Shown one piece after another: positions 27,502 to 36,597 of a stretch of DNA of 64,000 nucleotides (positions are counted from its first letter, which is position 1; each line of letters opens with the position of its first letter). The stretch comes from an uncultured Bacilli bacterium (GTDB lineage: Bacteria; Bacillota_I; Bacilli_A; RF39; UBA660). The stretch spans positions 728 to 64,727 of the forward strand of contig CAKOXI010000002.1 of assembly GCA_934130045.1 (NCBI GenBank), read 5' to 3'. The notes under the pieces were generated by a model, which saw nothing but the letters and a program-made list of their open reading frames with translations, was not told the origin of the DNA and made no database searches. A program made the position numbers and the translations under genes.

Positions 27502-28686
27502 ATGAAAAAAACAATAGAAGATTATAATTTATATGATAAAAGAGTAATAATAAGATGTGATTTTAATGTACCAATTAAAAATGGAATAATCATGGACGAT
27601 AATAGAATAATAAAAAGTTTAGATACTATTAAGTATGCTTTAAATAATGGAGCTAAGGTTATTTTAATGTCTCATTTAGGTAGAATAAAAGAATTTAGTG
27701 ATTTAGAAAAATATTCATTAGAACCTGTTGCAAAAAGATTAGAAGAATTGCTTAATATGAAAGTTACATTTGTTAATGAAACAAGAGGAAAATTATTAGA
27801 AAAAGCAGTAAAAAAATTAAAACCAGGTAATGTTTTATTAATGCAGAATACAAGATACGAAGATTTAAATGAAAAAGGCGAAAGTAATAACGATATAACA
27901 CTAGCTTCTTATTGGGCTAGTTTAGGTGATATTTATATAAATGATGCCTTTGGTACATGCCATAGAGCACATGCTTCCAATGTAGGAATATCTTCTCTTT
28001 TACCAAATGGTATTGGTTTTTTAGTTGAAAAAGAACTTAAAATTTTAGAAAAAAGTATAAGTAATCCAAATAGACCATTTGTTGTTATTTTAGGTGGAGC
28101 TAAAGTTAGTGATAAAATAGGGGTAATAGAAAATTTAGTAAAAATTGCTGACTATATTTTAATTGGTGGTGGAATGTCTTATACATTTTTATCAGCACTT
28201 GGTTATAATGTAGGAAAATCACTAGTTGACAAAGAAAATATTGCATTTTGTAAAAAAATATTAGATAATTATTCTAGTAAAATATTATTACCAGTTGATA
28301 ATGTTGTTTCTAAAGTAATAAGCAATGATGCTTTTGTTAGAATAGTTAATTCTGATCAAATATTATCTGATGATATTGCCTTAGATATCGGACCGCAAAC
28401 TATAAAAAAATATTCTGAATATTTATTAAATAGTAAAACTGTAATATGGAATGGACCAGTTGGATATTCTGAATTAAAAAAATTTGAACATGGTACTAAA
28501 TCATTATTTGAATTTCTTTCAAAATTAAATTCAACAGTAATTATAGGTGGTGGTGATACTGCTGCTAGTGCTATAAATTTAGGATATGGTAATTCATTTA
28601 CTCATATATCTACGGGCGGTGGCGCAACATTAGAATTATTAGAGGGAAAAAAACTACCAGGTATTGAAAGTATAAATAATAAGTAA
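27502..28686 (+). CDS. pgk: Phosphoglycerate kinase
   Basis: RCDFNVP, MSHLGR, LMQNTRYE, NDAFGTCHRAHAS, LGGAKVSDKI, GGGDTAA, STGGGATLE. Confidence 0.95.
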   Translation: MKKTIEDYNLYDKRVIIRCDFNVPIKNGIIMDDNRIIKSLDTIKYALNNGAKVILMSHLGRIKEFSDLEKYSLEPVAKRLEELLNMKVTFVNETRGKLLEKAVKKLKPGNVLLMQNTRYEDLNEKGESNNDITLASYWASLGDIYINDAFGTCHRAHASNVGISSLLPNGIGFLVEKELKILEKSISNPNRPFVVILGGAKVSDKIGVIENLVKIADYILIGGGMSYTFLSALGYNVGKSLVDKENIAFCKKILDNYSSKILLPVDNVVSKVISNDAFVRIVNSDQILSDDIALDIGPQTIKKYSEYLLNSKTVIWNGPVGYSELKKFEHGTKSLFEFLSKLNSTVIIGGGDTAASAINLGYGNSFTHISTGGGATLELLEGKKLPGIESINNK

Positions 28687-28706
28687 TAAATGAAAGAAGG
28701 AAAAAT

Positions 28707-29729
28707 ATGAAAAAAGAAAGTAATTTAAAAAGTATAATTAGTGTTATAATTCTTTTTTTATTAACAATTTTAGTTTTATATTTTTCCTTAAAAAATGATT
28801 TTTCTAATATCATTTCGCAAATTTTATCTGTAAATATATTTTTATTAATAGTAGCTTTTATTTTCTTTTTATTATATTGGTTTTTTAAGTCAATTGTATT
28901 ATATAATTTTACAAAAAAATTTAATGAAAATTATAAGTTTAGCAATGCAATTAGAACTCAAGCTGTAACACAATTTTTTAATGCAGTTACACCTTTTTCA
29001 AGTGGGGGTCAACCGTTTCAAATATATTCTTTGAAAAGAAGTGGACTTAATATTAGTAATGCTACCAATGTTACTATTGAAGAATTTGTTGTTTATCAAA
29101 TAGCATTAGTTTTCTTAGGCATATTAGCAATATTAGGAAATCACATCTTAAATATTTTTCCACCAGATAATTTTTTAAGCAAATTAGTTATTTTAGGATT
29201 TTCTATAAACACATTTGTAATAATAATACTTTTTATTATAGCTTTTGGTAAAAAATCTAATACATTTTTAATAAATAAGGCAATTAATATATTATCTTTT
29301 TTTAAAATAGTTAAAGATAAGGATAAAACTATTGAAAAATGGAATTTATACATTAATAATTTTCATAAGGGGGCTAAAATATTAGTTGCTAATAAAAAGG
29401 ATTTTTTTCTTAATATATTATATAGTTTTATAGGACTTATTTGTTTATATATGGTTCCATTTTGGATTTCATATAGTATGGGTGATTTTACAAGCTTTAA
29501 TGTTTTTGAATCTGTTATTGCAGTTTCTTATGTAATGTTAATAGGTTCTTTTGTACCCCTTCCTGGTGGAACAGGTGGAATTGAATATGGATTTATTAAA
29601 TTTTTTGGAGTTTTTGTTTTTAGTGAGGCTAAATTAAAAGCTTTAATGTTACTTTGGAGATTTATAACTTTCTATATGGGGATTATTTTAGGAAGTATTG
29701 CGTTAAATATAAAAGGGAGAAATGATTAA
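28707..29729 (+). CDS. Flippase-like / lysyl-PG-synthase TM-region family protein (UPF0104)
   Basis: 8 TM helices and the family signature near the C-terminus (SFVPLPGGTGGIEYGF). Overlaps the start of the GT4 gene (ATGA-type coupling). Confidence 0.7.
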   Translation: MKKESNLKSIISVIILFLLTILVLYFSLKNDFSNIISQILSVNIFLLIVAFIFFLLYWFFKSIVLYNFTKKFNENYKFSNAIRTQAVTQFFNAVTPFSSGGQPFQIYSLKRSGLNISNATNVTIEEFVVYQIALVFLGILAILGNHILNIFPPDNFLSKLVILGFSINTFVIIILFIIAFGKKSNTFLINKAINILSFFKIVKDKDKTIEKWNLYINNFHKGAKILVANKKDFFLNILYSFIGLICLYMVPFWISYSMGDFTSFNVFESVIAVSYVMLIGSFVPLPGGTGGIEYGFIKFFGVFVFSEAKLKALMLLWRFITFYMGIILGSIALNIKGRND

Positions 29730-30964
29730 TGAGAATAGGAATTTTTACAGATAGTTATCCACCTTATATCAATGGTGTTTCTACTAGTATTGTTATGTTA
29801 AAAAATGCCCTTGAAAAAAAAGGACATGAAGTTTTTGTAGTAACAGTAAATGCAGAAAAACTATCATATAAATATGAGAATGAAAATAAAGTTATTAGAA
29901 TCCCTGGTATTCCTACTGGAATATATGATTATAGATTAACTGGCATTTATCCCTTAAGAGCAGTTGATAAAATAAAAAAGTGGAATTTAGATATTATACA
30001 TTCGCAAACAGAATTTGGAGTAGGAACTTTTGCTAGAATTATAGCAAAACAGTTAGATATACCACTTGTTCATACATACCATACTATGTATGAGGATTAT
30101 GTTCATTATATAACAAAAGGTTATTTTAATGGAACAAGTAAAAAAATTGTTGAATATTTAACAAAGTTTTATTGTGATAAAACCGCAACAGAGTTAATAG
30201 TTCCAACTGAAAAAACATATAAATTATTTAAAGAAAAATATAAATTTGATAGAAATGTACATATAATACCTACTGGTATAGAGATAGAAAGATTTTATTT
30301 ATCAAATTGTTCTATAAAAAAAATAAATCAATTAAGAAATGACTATAATATAAAACCATCTGATTTTGTAATTTTATTTGTTGGTAGATTAGGTGAGGAA
30401 AAAAGTGTTGATATTTTGATTGAATCACAAGATTATTTTAGAAAAATTAATAAACAATCTAAACTTTTATTAGTTGGTGATGGACCAGATATGGACAAAT
30501 ATAAAAAGTTGGTAAAAAAATTAAAACTATCCGATAATGTTATTTTTACTGGTAAGGTTCCGTGGGAAGAAGTACCTTGTTATTATCAATTAGCTAATGT
30601 TTTTGCGACAGCTTCTAGAACAGAAACTCAAGGACTTACAGTAATAGAAGCTCTAGCTGCATCACTACCGGTTGTGGCTGCAAATGATCCAAGTTTTATG
30701 TCAATTGTAGTTGATGATTTAAATGGATATTTGTTTAAAAATAAAAGACAATATAAAAAAATAATTGAAAAGTTGATGTCAGAACCTGAAAAACTTAAAA
30801 AATTATCAAATCAAGCTAAAATTAGTTCCGAAAGATATTCTTCTAGGTACTTTGCTGAAAGGGTTTTAGATGTATATAATTTGGCTCTATCAGGTAGGAA
30901 AAAAAGTCAGAATTTTTTTGAGAAGATGAAAAACGTAATAAAAAGAGGTATTCATGATAAGTAA
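29729..30964 (+). CDS. GT4 glycosyltransferase, diacylglycerol glucosyltransferase-like (glycolipid synthase)
   Basis: MRIGIFTDSYPPYINGVSTSI N-terminus as in alpha-monoglucosyl-DAG synthases. Also GRLGEEKS and the E(x7)E region TETQGLTVIEALA. Confidence 0.8.
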   Translation: MRIGIFTDSYPPYINGVSTSIVMLKNALEKKGHEVFVVTVNAEKLSYKYENENKVIRIPGIPTGIYDYRLTGIYPLRAVDKIKKWNLDIIHSQTEFGVGTFARIIAKQLDIPLVHTYHTMYEDYVHYITKGYFNGTSKKIVEYLTKFYCDKTATELIVPTEKTYKLFKEKYKFDRNVHIIPTGIEIERFYLSNCSIKKINQLRNDYNIKPSDFVILFVGRLGEEKSVDILIESQDYFRKINKQSKLLLVGDGPDMDKYKKLVKKLKLSDNVIFTGKVPWEEVPCYYQLANVFATASRTETQGLTVIEALAASLPVVAANDPSFMSIVVDDLNGYLFKNKRQYKKIIEKLMSEPEKLKKLSNQAKISSERYSSRYFAERVLDVYNLALSGRKKSQNFFEKMKNVIKRGIHDK

Positions 30965-31679
30965 ATATGTATTTGCAAATTTAAAGATGAATATGACTGC
31001 AAAGGAAGTAAGTGAATATTTAAAAATTATAAATGATAAAATGTTTATTTCTAATGTAGTAATTTTTCCTACTAGTATTTATATTCCATATTTCTTAAAT
31101 CAAAATTATGATGTTGGTATACAAAATATATTTTATGAAAATAATGGACCATATACTGGAGAAGTATCTCCTTCTCAAGCTAGAAGTATGGGAATAAAAT
31201 ATGCGATAGTTGGTCATAGTGATAGAAAAATATTAGGTGAAGATGGAACTATTATTAATAAAAAGTTAAAAAAATGTTTAGAAAATAAAATTAAAGTTAT
31301 TTTATGTGTTGGTGAGACATTAGAACAAAGAGAAATGTTAAAAACGGATAAGATTTTAAAGAAGCAACTTCTTGAAGCATTAAGAGGAATTGAAAAAAAA
31401 GATTTAAAAAATATTTTTATAGCTTATGAACCAGTATGGGCAGTTGGAACTAACGAATTACCCCTAAATAGAGAAATAAATGATTGTGTAGAATATATTA
31501 AAAATATATGTAAAACATATTTAGATGGTATTCCATTTGTTTTATATGGTGGAAGCATAAATGAAAAAAATATAAAAAAGCTAAATGAAATTAATAATAT
31601 TGATGGTTTTTTAATTGGAGCTTCATCATGTAATATAGAAAAATTTTTAAAAATAATTGACATAATTGAAAATAAATAA
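30954..31679 (+). CDS. tpiA: Triosephosphate isomerase
   Basis: ANLKMN (catalytic Lys), VGHSDRK (His), CVGETLEQRE, AYEPVWAVGT (Glu), GGSI. Start overlaps the GT4 end by 11 nt. Confidence 0.9.
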   Translation: MISKYVFANLKMNMTAKEVSEYLKIINDKMFISNVVIFPTSIYIPYFLNQNYDVGIQNIFYENNGPYTGEVSPSQARSMGIKYAIVGHSDRKILGEDGTIINKKLKKCLENKIKVILCVGETLEQREMLKTDKILKKQLLEALRGIEKKDLKNIFIAYEPVWAVGTNELPLNREINDCVEYIKNICKTYLDGIPFVLYGGSINEKNIKKLNEINNIDGFLIGASSCNIEKFLKIIDIIENK

Positions 31680-31748
31680 TGTATAAAAAAGGTAAAATAT
31701 ATTTTGCTTTTTTTCTTTTTGTTGTATAATTTTATTAGGTGATTATAT

Positions 31749-31922
31749 ATGGAATATATAAAAGAATCAAATAATCAGGAATATATAGAAAATATGATAG
31801 TATTTTTAATGGATCAAGCTATGAAATATAAAGGTAATAATCCTAAAATGTATGATGGCTATATTATTTTAGCACATGATCTTTTAAAAAAGTTAAAGAA
31901 AGAAAGTGATGCAAATGAATGA
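31749..31922 (+). CDS. Possible small protein, 57 aa (not on the ORF track)
   Basis: ATG at 31749 preceded by aggtga. Open to TGA at 31920-31922. Overlaps the start region of the next ORF in another frame. No motifs. Confidence 0.3.
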   Translation: MEYIKESNNQEYIENMIVFLMDQAMKYKGNNPKMYDGYIILAHDLLKKLKKESDANE

Positions 31923-33651
31923 AAAAAATAAGGAATTATATTTTGATGGTTTTAGTAAAATATTAAAATCGTTAAAAGATGGTCTTAATTTAAATAGTGT
32001 TAATTTGGATGACTTTATAACTGGTATAAATGAATATAGCAATATAAATTTGCAAGATATAATAACTTATATGTTATATTGTTTTGAATTAATCGAATTA
32101 ACTGGTAAATGGAAATTGAAAAAATTAATAAAATACGAACATTTTATTAATAATATGGAAAATATTTATAATGAAATTTTTTGTAATCAAGAGTCAACAT
32201 TTAATAATAAGGTTATTGCTGCTACCAGTTTTGGAAATATAATTGCGAAAACAATTAATTATAATGTTGAATTAGAAATAGAAAAAGTATTAGATAATTT
32301 CATTAATTGTATAGATAAGAAAAATATTTATTTAAAGAATAACGAACTTACTTTACTTAGAGGAAATTTATATTGTCAAATTTTTTATGTGTTAAATGAT
32401 AATAAAGATGTAAATGATACTATGAAAGATTATTTGGAAAAGTTAACTAAAATATTTGATCATCAAAAATATATTAATAATGCCAATAAATTTTATAGTG
32501 AATTGTTAAATCATGAAGGTATAACATTTGATAGCTTAAATAATTTATTATTATACAATGCATATAATAGAATAGATATAGATAAAATAACAACTAAAAA
32601 AATATTAAAGATTTTATTGAATAATTATAAAGATAGTTTTTTTGATAAGGAAATTTTTATATATTTAATAAAGAATATAATAAATACTTTATTAGAAGAA
32701 AAAAATATTCAAGCTAATACAGAAATATTATTTGATGATGTAGATAATACTGATAATTATATTTATTTAAATTATAATAAAATTGATTATAATTTAAGTA
32801 ATAATTTGAATTTTATAAAAAAATTATTTTATGATATTAATATGATGGATTATAGAATAAATAAAGAAAAATATCAGTATTTTAATTTATTAGAAATAAA
32901 AGATAATTATATAAAAAATAAATTAGATTCTAATGATACTGTTATTAATTTTGAAAACACAATTAAGTTTATAAGTATAGAAGAATTTAATAAATTTATA
33001 AAAGAAATTGATGAATTAACATATAAAAATATGATTAATATTACTTTAGAAAATGTAAAAAAATTGTATGATACTTTAACAAATAAAGAATATGAAGATA
33101 TTAAAGTTACTAATACAGAATTATTTAATGCATGTTATAATTCATTAGAAATAAAAGCTTTATTAGATGAATCTGAATTGCTTAAAATAGAATACAATGA
33201 TTTAGGAGTTTATAAAAATATAAAAGATTTATTAATGGAAAAATATGATAATCAAAATGGTGAAAATAAATTAAATAATAATTTATATAAAGATATTATT
33301 AATTCACGTGATACAAGTATTTCTAGTTTATTAAATGATTATTATTCACTTTTATTAATTGATACAACTGATACTGGTGTTATAAAAGAAAAAGAAAATA
33401 TACTAAAAAGTATATTGCCAGATTTATTAAAAGAAAAAATATTATTTTGTGGTAATATTCCAACACAAAAATTTGATGAAATCTATAATGAATATATAAA
33501 TCCATGTATAAAAAAAATATCACAGAATAGGGTTAATAATAAAGAATTTGCTGATACTAAGGAGTTTTTGAATTATGAAAAAAGTAATTCAGATAATTAT
33601 TTTGGTATTTGTAAATTGCAAGAGATATTGGAACAATATAAAGAAAACTAA
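31906..33651 (+). CDS. Hypothetical soluble protein, about 580 aa
   Basis: Long uninterrupted ORF, N/K/I/E-rich, with no TM and no recognisable motif. The true start may be ATG 31909 or 31915. Confidence 0.5.
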   Translation: MMQMNEKNKELYFDGFSKILKSLKDGLNLNSVNLDDFITGINEYSNINLQDIITYMLYCFELIELTGKWKLKKLIKYEHFINNMENIYNEIFCNQESTFNNKVIAATSFGNIIAKTINYNVELEIEKVLDNFINCIDKKNIYLKNNELTLLRGNLYCQIFYVLNDNKDVNDTMKDYLEKLTKIFDHQKYINNANKFYSELLNHEGITFDSLNNLLLYNAYNRIDIDKITTKKILKILLNNYKDSFFDKEIFIYLIKNIINTLLEEKNIQANTEILFDDVDNTDNYIYLNYNKIDYNLSNNLNFIKKLFYDINMMDYRINKEKYQYFNLLEIKDNYIKNKLDSNDTVINFENTIKFISIEEFNKFIKEIDELTYKNMINITLENVKKLYDTLTNKEYEDIKVTNTELFNACYNSLEIKALLDESELLKIEYNDLGVYKNIKDLLMEKYDNQNGENKLNNNLYKDIINSRDTSISSLLNDYYSLLLIDTTDTGVIKEKENILKSILPDLLKEKILFCGNIPTQKFDEIYNEYINPCIKKISQNRVNNKEFADTKEFLNYEKSNSDNYFGICKLQEILEQYKEN

Positions 33652-33706
33652 TATTGACTATAAAAAAAATAATAAGTATAATGTAATAAATTGAAAGGAA
33701 GATAAA

Positions 33707-34249
33707 ATGGAAAATATTTTGACAGAAACAGAATTAAAAATGGAATCAATAATTGAAAATATGGAAAAGAGATTTACAAATATAAGAGCTGGTAGAGCCA
33801 ATCCTGCTATATTAGATGTTGTTAATGTTTCATATTATGGAGTGGATACACCACTTAAACAATTAGCAAACATTTCAGTACCAGAAGCACGTCAATTAAT
33901 GATAAAACCATTTGATAAATCTTGTTTAGGAGCAATAGAAAAAGGAATATATGAAGCAAATATTGGACTTACTCCAAATAATAATGGTGAGGTTATAATT
34001 TTAAATATTCCAGCCTTGACAGAGGATACAAGAAGGGAATATGTAAAACAAGCTAAAAATATCGCTGAAGATGCAAGAATTGGACTTAGAAATGCAAGAC
34101 AAGACGCTAATAACGAAATAAAAAAATTAGAAATAAGTGAAGATGATAAGAAGAATGGTAATGAAAATGTTCAAGAATTAATAAATAAATATAATAAAAT
34201 AGTTGATGAAAAGTTTAAGATAAAAGAAAATGAATTAATGACTGTATAG
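33707..34249 (+). CDS. frr: Ribosome recycling factor
   Basis: RFTNIRAGRANPAILD, VPEARQLMIKPFD, LTPNNNGEVIILNIPALTE, RNARQDANNEIKK. Confidence 0.93.
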   Translation: MENILTETELKMESIIENMEKRFTNIRAGRANPAILDVVNVSYYGVDTPLKQLANISVPEARQLMIKPFDKSCLGAIEKGIYEANIGLTPNNNGEVIILNIPALTEDTRREYVKQAKNIAEDARIGLRNARQDANNEIKKLEISEDDKKNGNENVQELINKYNKIVDEKFKIKENELMTV

Positions 34250-34278
34250 AAATGTCTTTTGACATTTTTATTTTTTTA
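34250..34278 (+). terminator. Intrinsic terminator
   Basis: Stem aaatgtc/gacattt, tttt loop, long T-rich tail. Confidence 0.8.
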
Positions 34279-34409
34279 CTATTGAATAAAGTTTAAAAAA
34301 ATGATAGTATTATTATAGAATAATTATAGAATAGGAGTAATGATTTGTAATATAATTGTTATTGAATATTTATAATAATTTTTATAAAAAAATAGAAAAG
34401 AGGAAAAAT

Positions 34410-34796
34410 ATGAAAAAAATAATGATATTAAGTTTATCTATGTTATTCTTATTGGTAGGTTGTGGAAAAAAGGAAGAAATTAAAGAACCAAATAAAGATA
34501 TTGAAACAAATGAAAATGAAATTAGTGATAAAGTATTAGATGATTTTAGTTTTACAAATACTAGTATTGTAAAAGAAAATGGAGTAAGTACAATAACAAC
34601 CCAAGTTACAAATAATAGTGGTGAAGATAAAAATATAGAACAGTTTAAAATTATAATAAAAAATAAAGATGGAGAAGTAGTAAAACAAACAATAGGTTAT
34701 ATAGGTGGAGTCATAAAATCAAAAGAAACAAAAACAATAATTACAAGTATTGCTTTAGATTTATCGGATGTTTATGATATAGAATATAGTTATTAA
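34410..34796 (+). CDS. Small lipoprotein, function unknown
   Basis: MKKIMILSLSMLFLLVGCGKK lipobox. SD agagga before the ATG at 34410 (track start 34356). Confidence 0.6.
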   Translation: MKKIMILSLSMLFLLVGCGKKEEIKEPNKDIETNENEISDKVLDDFSFTNTSIVKENGVSTITTQVTNNSGEDKNIEQFKIIIKNKDGEVVKQTIGYIGGVIKSKETKTIITSIALDLSDVYDIEYSY

Positions 34797-34820
34797 AAAG
34801 TTCGTATTGAACTTTTTTTA
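34796..34820 (+). terminator. Intrinsic terminator
   Basis: Stem aaagttc/gaacttt, 5-nt loop, T-run. Confidence 0.8.
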
Positions 34821-34882
34821 GATATTTTAATTTTTTAAATAAATTTATAGTAAAAATATGATACAATGATAGGGGTGTTTAT

Positions 34883-36028
34883 ATGTTTAATAAAAAAATT
34901 AATGAAAATAAAGATATTGATATAAAAAAATTAAATGATGTAATTGGCATGACTAAAAAAATATTAAGTATTGCCTATGTTTTTATAATAATTGTTGGTA
35001 TTTATGCTGCAACACTTATTTTTAAAGAATGGAAAGTTGGAGAATTTATATTAAATCTTTTAAAAATAGTTTCACCACTTTTTATTGGAATAGTAATTGC
35101 TTGGTTATTTGAACCTGTTGTTAAATTTTTAAAAAATCATAAGGTTCATAGAACATTAGCTACATCAATAGTTTATATAGCAATAATTGGTATAATGACT
35201 TTAATAATTAGTGCTCTAATACCATTATTATCAGATCAAATTAATGAAATTGTTAAAAGTATTCCAACTATTTCTAGTAAAATTCAAGAATGGATTAATG
35301 ACATTTTTAGTAAAATAGGAAATATTGATGGTATTGATATCAGTAGTTTTAAAAATGAATTATTTAATAAATTAGAATTATTAGGAACTGATTTAACAAG
35401 TTCTTTACCACATTTAACAGTTAAAGTTGTATCTTCGGTATTTTCTGGTTTAGGTTCATTAATTATTGGTTTTATAATTGGTTTTTATTTATTAATGAGT
35501 TTTGAAAATATGAGTGATGCGATAGCGGCATTAATTCCTAAAAATGCTAGAAATGATTATAGAGGATTAGCAAATGAAGTTAATACCTCTTTAAGAAAAT
35601 ATGTTCAAGGAACTTTAATTTGTGCTTCATTTGTTTTCTTGCTATCAACAATTGGTTTTGCTATTGCAGGACTTAAAGCACCAGTATTATTTGGATTATT
35701 TTGTGGAGTTACTAATATAATCCCCTATATTGGACCATATTTAGGTGGTGCACCAGCTGTTTTGGTAGGATTTTCACAAGGACCAGTAGTAGGAGTTATA
35801 TCGCTAATTTCTATAGTTATTGCTCAATTTTTAGAAAGTAATATTTTAAACCCTATCGTTATGAGTAAAACTATGAAATTGCATCCAGTAACAATCATAA
35901 TTGGGTTACTAATATTTGGACATTTCTGGGGAATGATTGGAATGCTTATTGCAACTCCAACTATATCTATTTTAAAATCTATAATTTTATTTATTGATGA
36001 TAAGTACAATATTTTATCAATTAATTAG
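34883..36028 (+). CDS. AI-2E family transporter (PerM-like permease)
   Basis: 8 TM topology and the family-typical NIIPYIGPYLGGAPAVLV and HPVTIIIGLLIFGHFWGMIGMLIATP. Confidence 0.8.
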   Translation: MFNKKINENKDIDIKKLNDVIGMTKKILSIAYVFIIIVGIYAATLIFKEWKVGEFILNLLKIVSPLFIGIVIAWLFEPVVKFLKNHKVHRTLATSIVYIAIIGIMTLIISALIPLLSDQINEIVKSIPTISSKIQEWINDIFSKIGNIDGIDISSFKNELFNKLELLGTDLTSSLPHLTVKVVSSVFSGLGSLIIGFIIGFYLLMSFENMSDAIAALIPKNARNDYRGLANEVNTSLRKYVQGTLICASFVFLLSTIGFAIAGLKAPVLFGLFCGVTNIIPYIGPYLGGAPAVLVGFSQGPVVGVISLISIVIAQFLESNILNPIVMSKTMKLHPVTIIIGLLIFGHFWGMIGMLIATPTISILKSIILFIDDKYNILSIN

Positions 36029-36039
36029 GAGTGATATTT

Positions 36040-36597
36040 ATGAATTTTATTAAAAACGATGTTAAAATATTTATACTTTCTGGTAAGGCTCGTGCAGGAA
36101 AAGATACAACGGCTTTATTTATTAAAGAATATTATGAGAAAATGGGTGAAAAGGTTATAACTTTACAGTACTCAACTTATCTAAAAGAATATGCTAAAAA
36201 AATAACTGGTTGGGATGGAACTGATGAAAATAAACCACGTCAATTACTTATTGATTTAGGAACTAATTTAATTAGAGGGAAAATCGACAAATATTTATTT
36301 ATTAATAGAATGTTAGAAGATATAAATATTTATTCATATTTTTTTAATGTTATTATTATAAGTGATGCAAGATTAGTAGAGGAACTAGATATTCCAAAAG
36401 AAAAATTTGAAAATGTAAAACTTATAAATATTAAAAGACCTAATTATGAAAATGGTCTTACAGAAGAACAAAAGAATTCACTAACAGAAACAGCGTTAAA
36501 TAGTTATTCTAATTATGATTATGAAATTATAAATGATAAAGATATAGAATCATTGAATAAAAAAATAGTAGAAATGATTAAGGAGATGGATCGATGA
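36040..36597 (+). CDS. P-loop NTPase (dNMP-kinase-like), function uncertain
   Basis: Walker A ILSGKARAGKDT, about 185 aa. Its end overlaps the alaS start (ATGA). The ATG at 36040 follows SD aggag. Confidence 0.5.
   Translation: MNFIKNDVKIFILSGKARAGKDTTALFIKEYYEKMGEKVITLQYSTYLKEYAKKITGWDGTDENKPRQLLIDLGTNLIRGKIDKYLFINRMLEDINIYSYFFNVIIISDARLVEELDIPKEKFENVKLINIKRPNYENGLTEEQKNSLTETALNSYSNYDYEIINDKDIESLNKKIVEMIKEMDR

Noticed and set aside
28610-29353. Minus-strand ORFs 28610-28813 and 29141-29353
   Set aside because: They are antisense to pgk and the flippase-like gene, with low-complexity translations and no SD.
31424-31663. Minus-strand 79-aa ORF inside tpiA
   Set aside because: It is antisense to a confidently identified gene.
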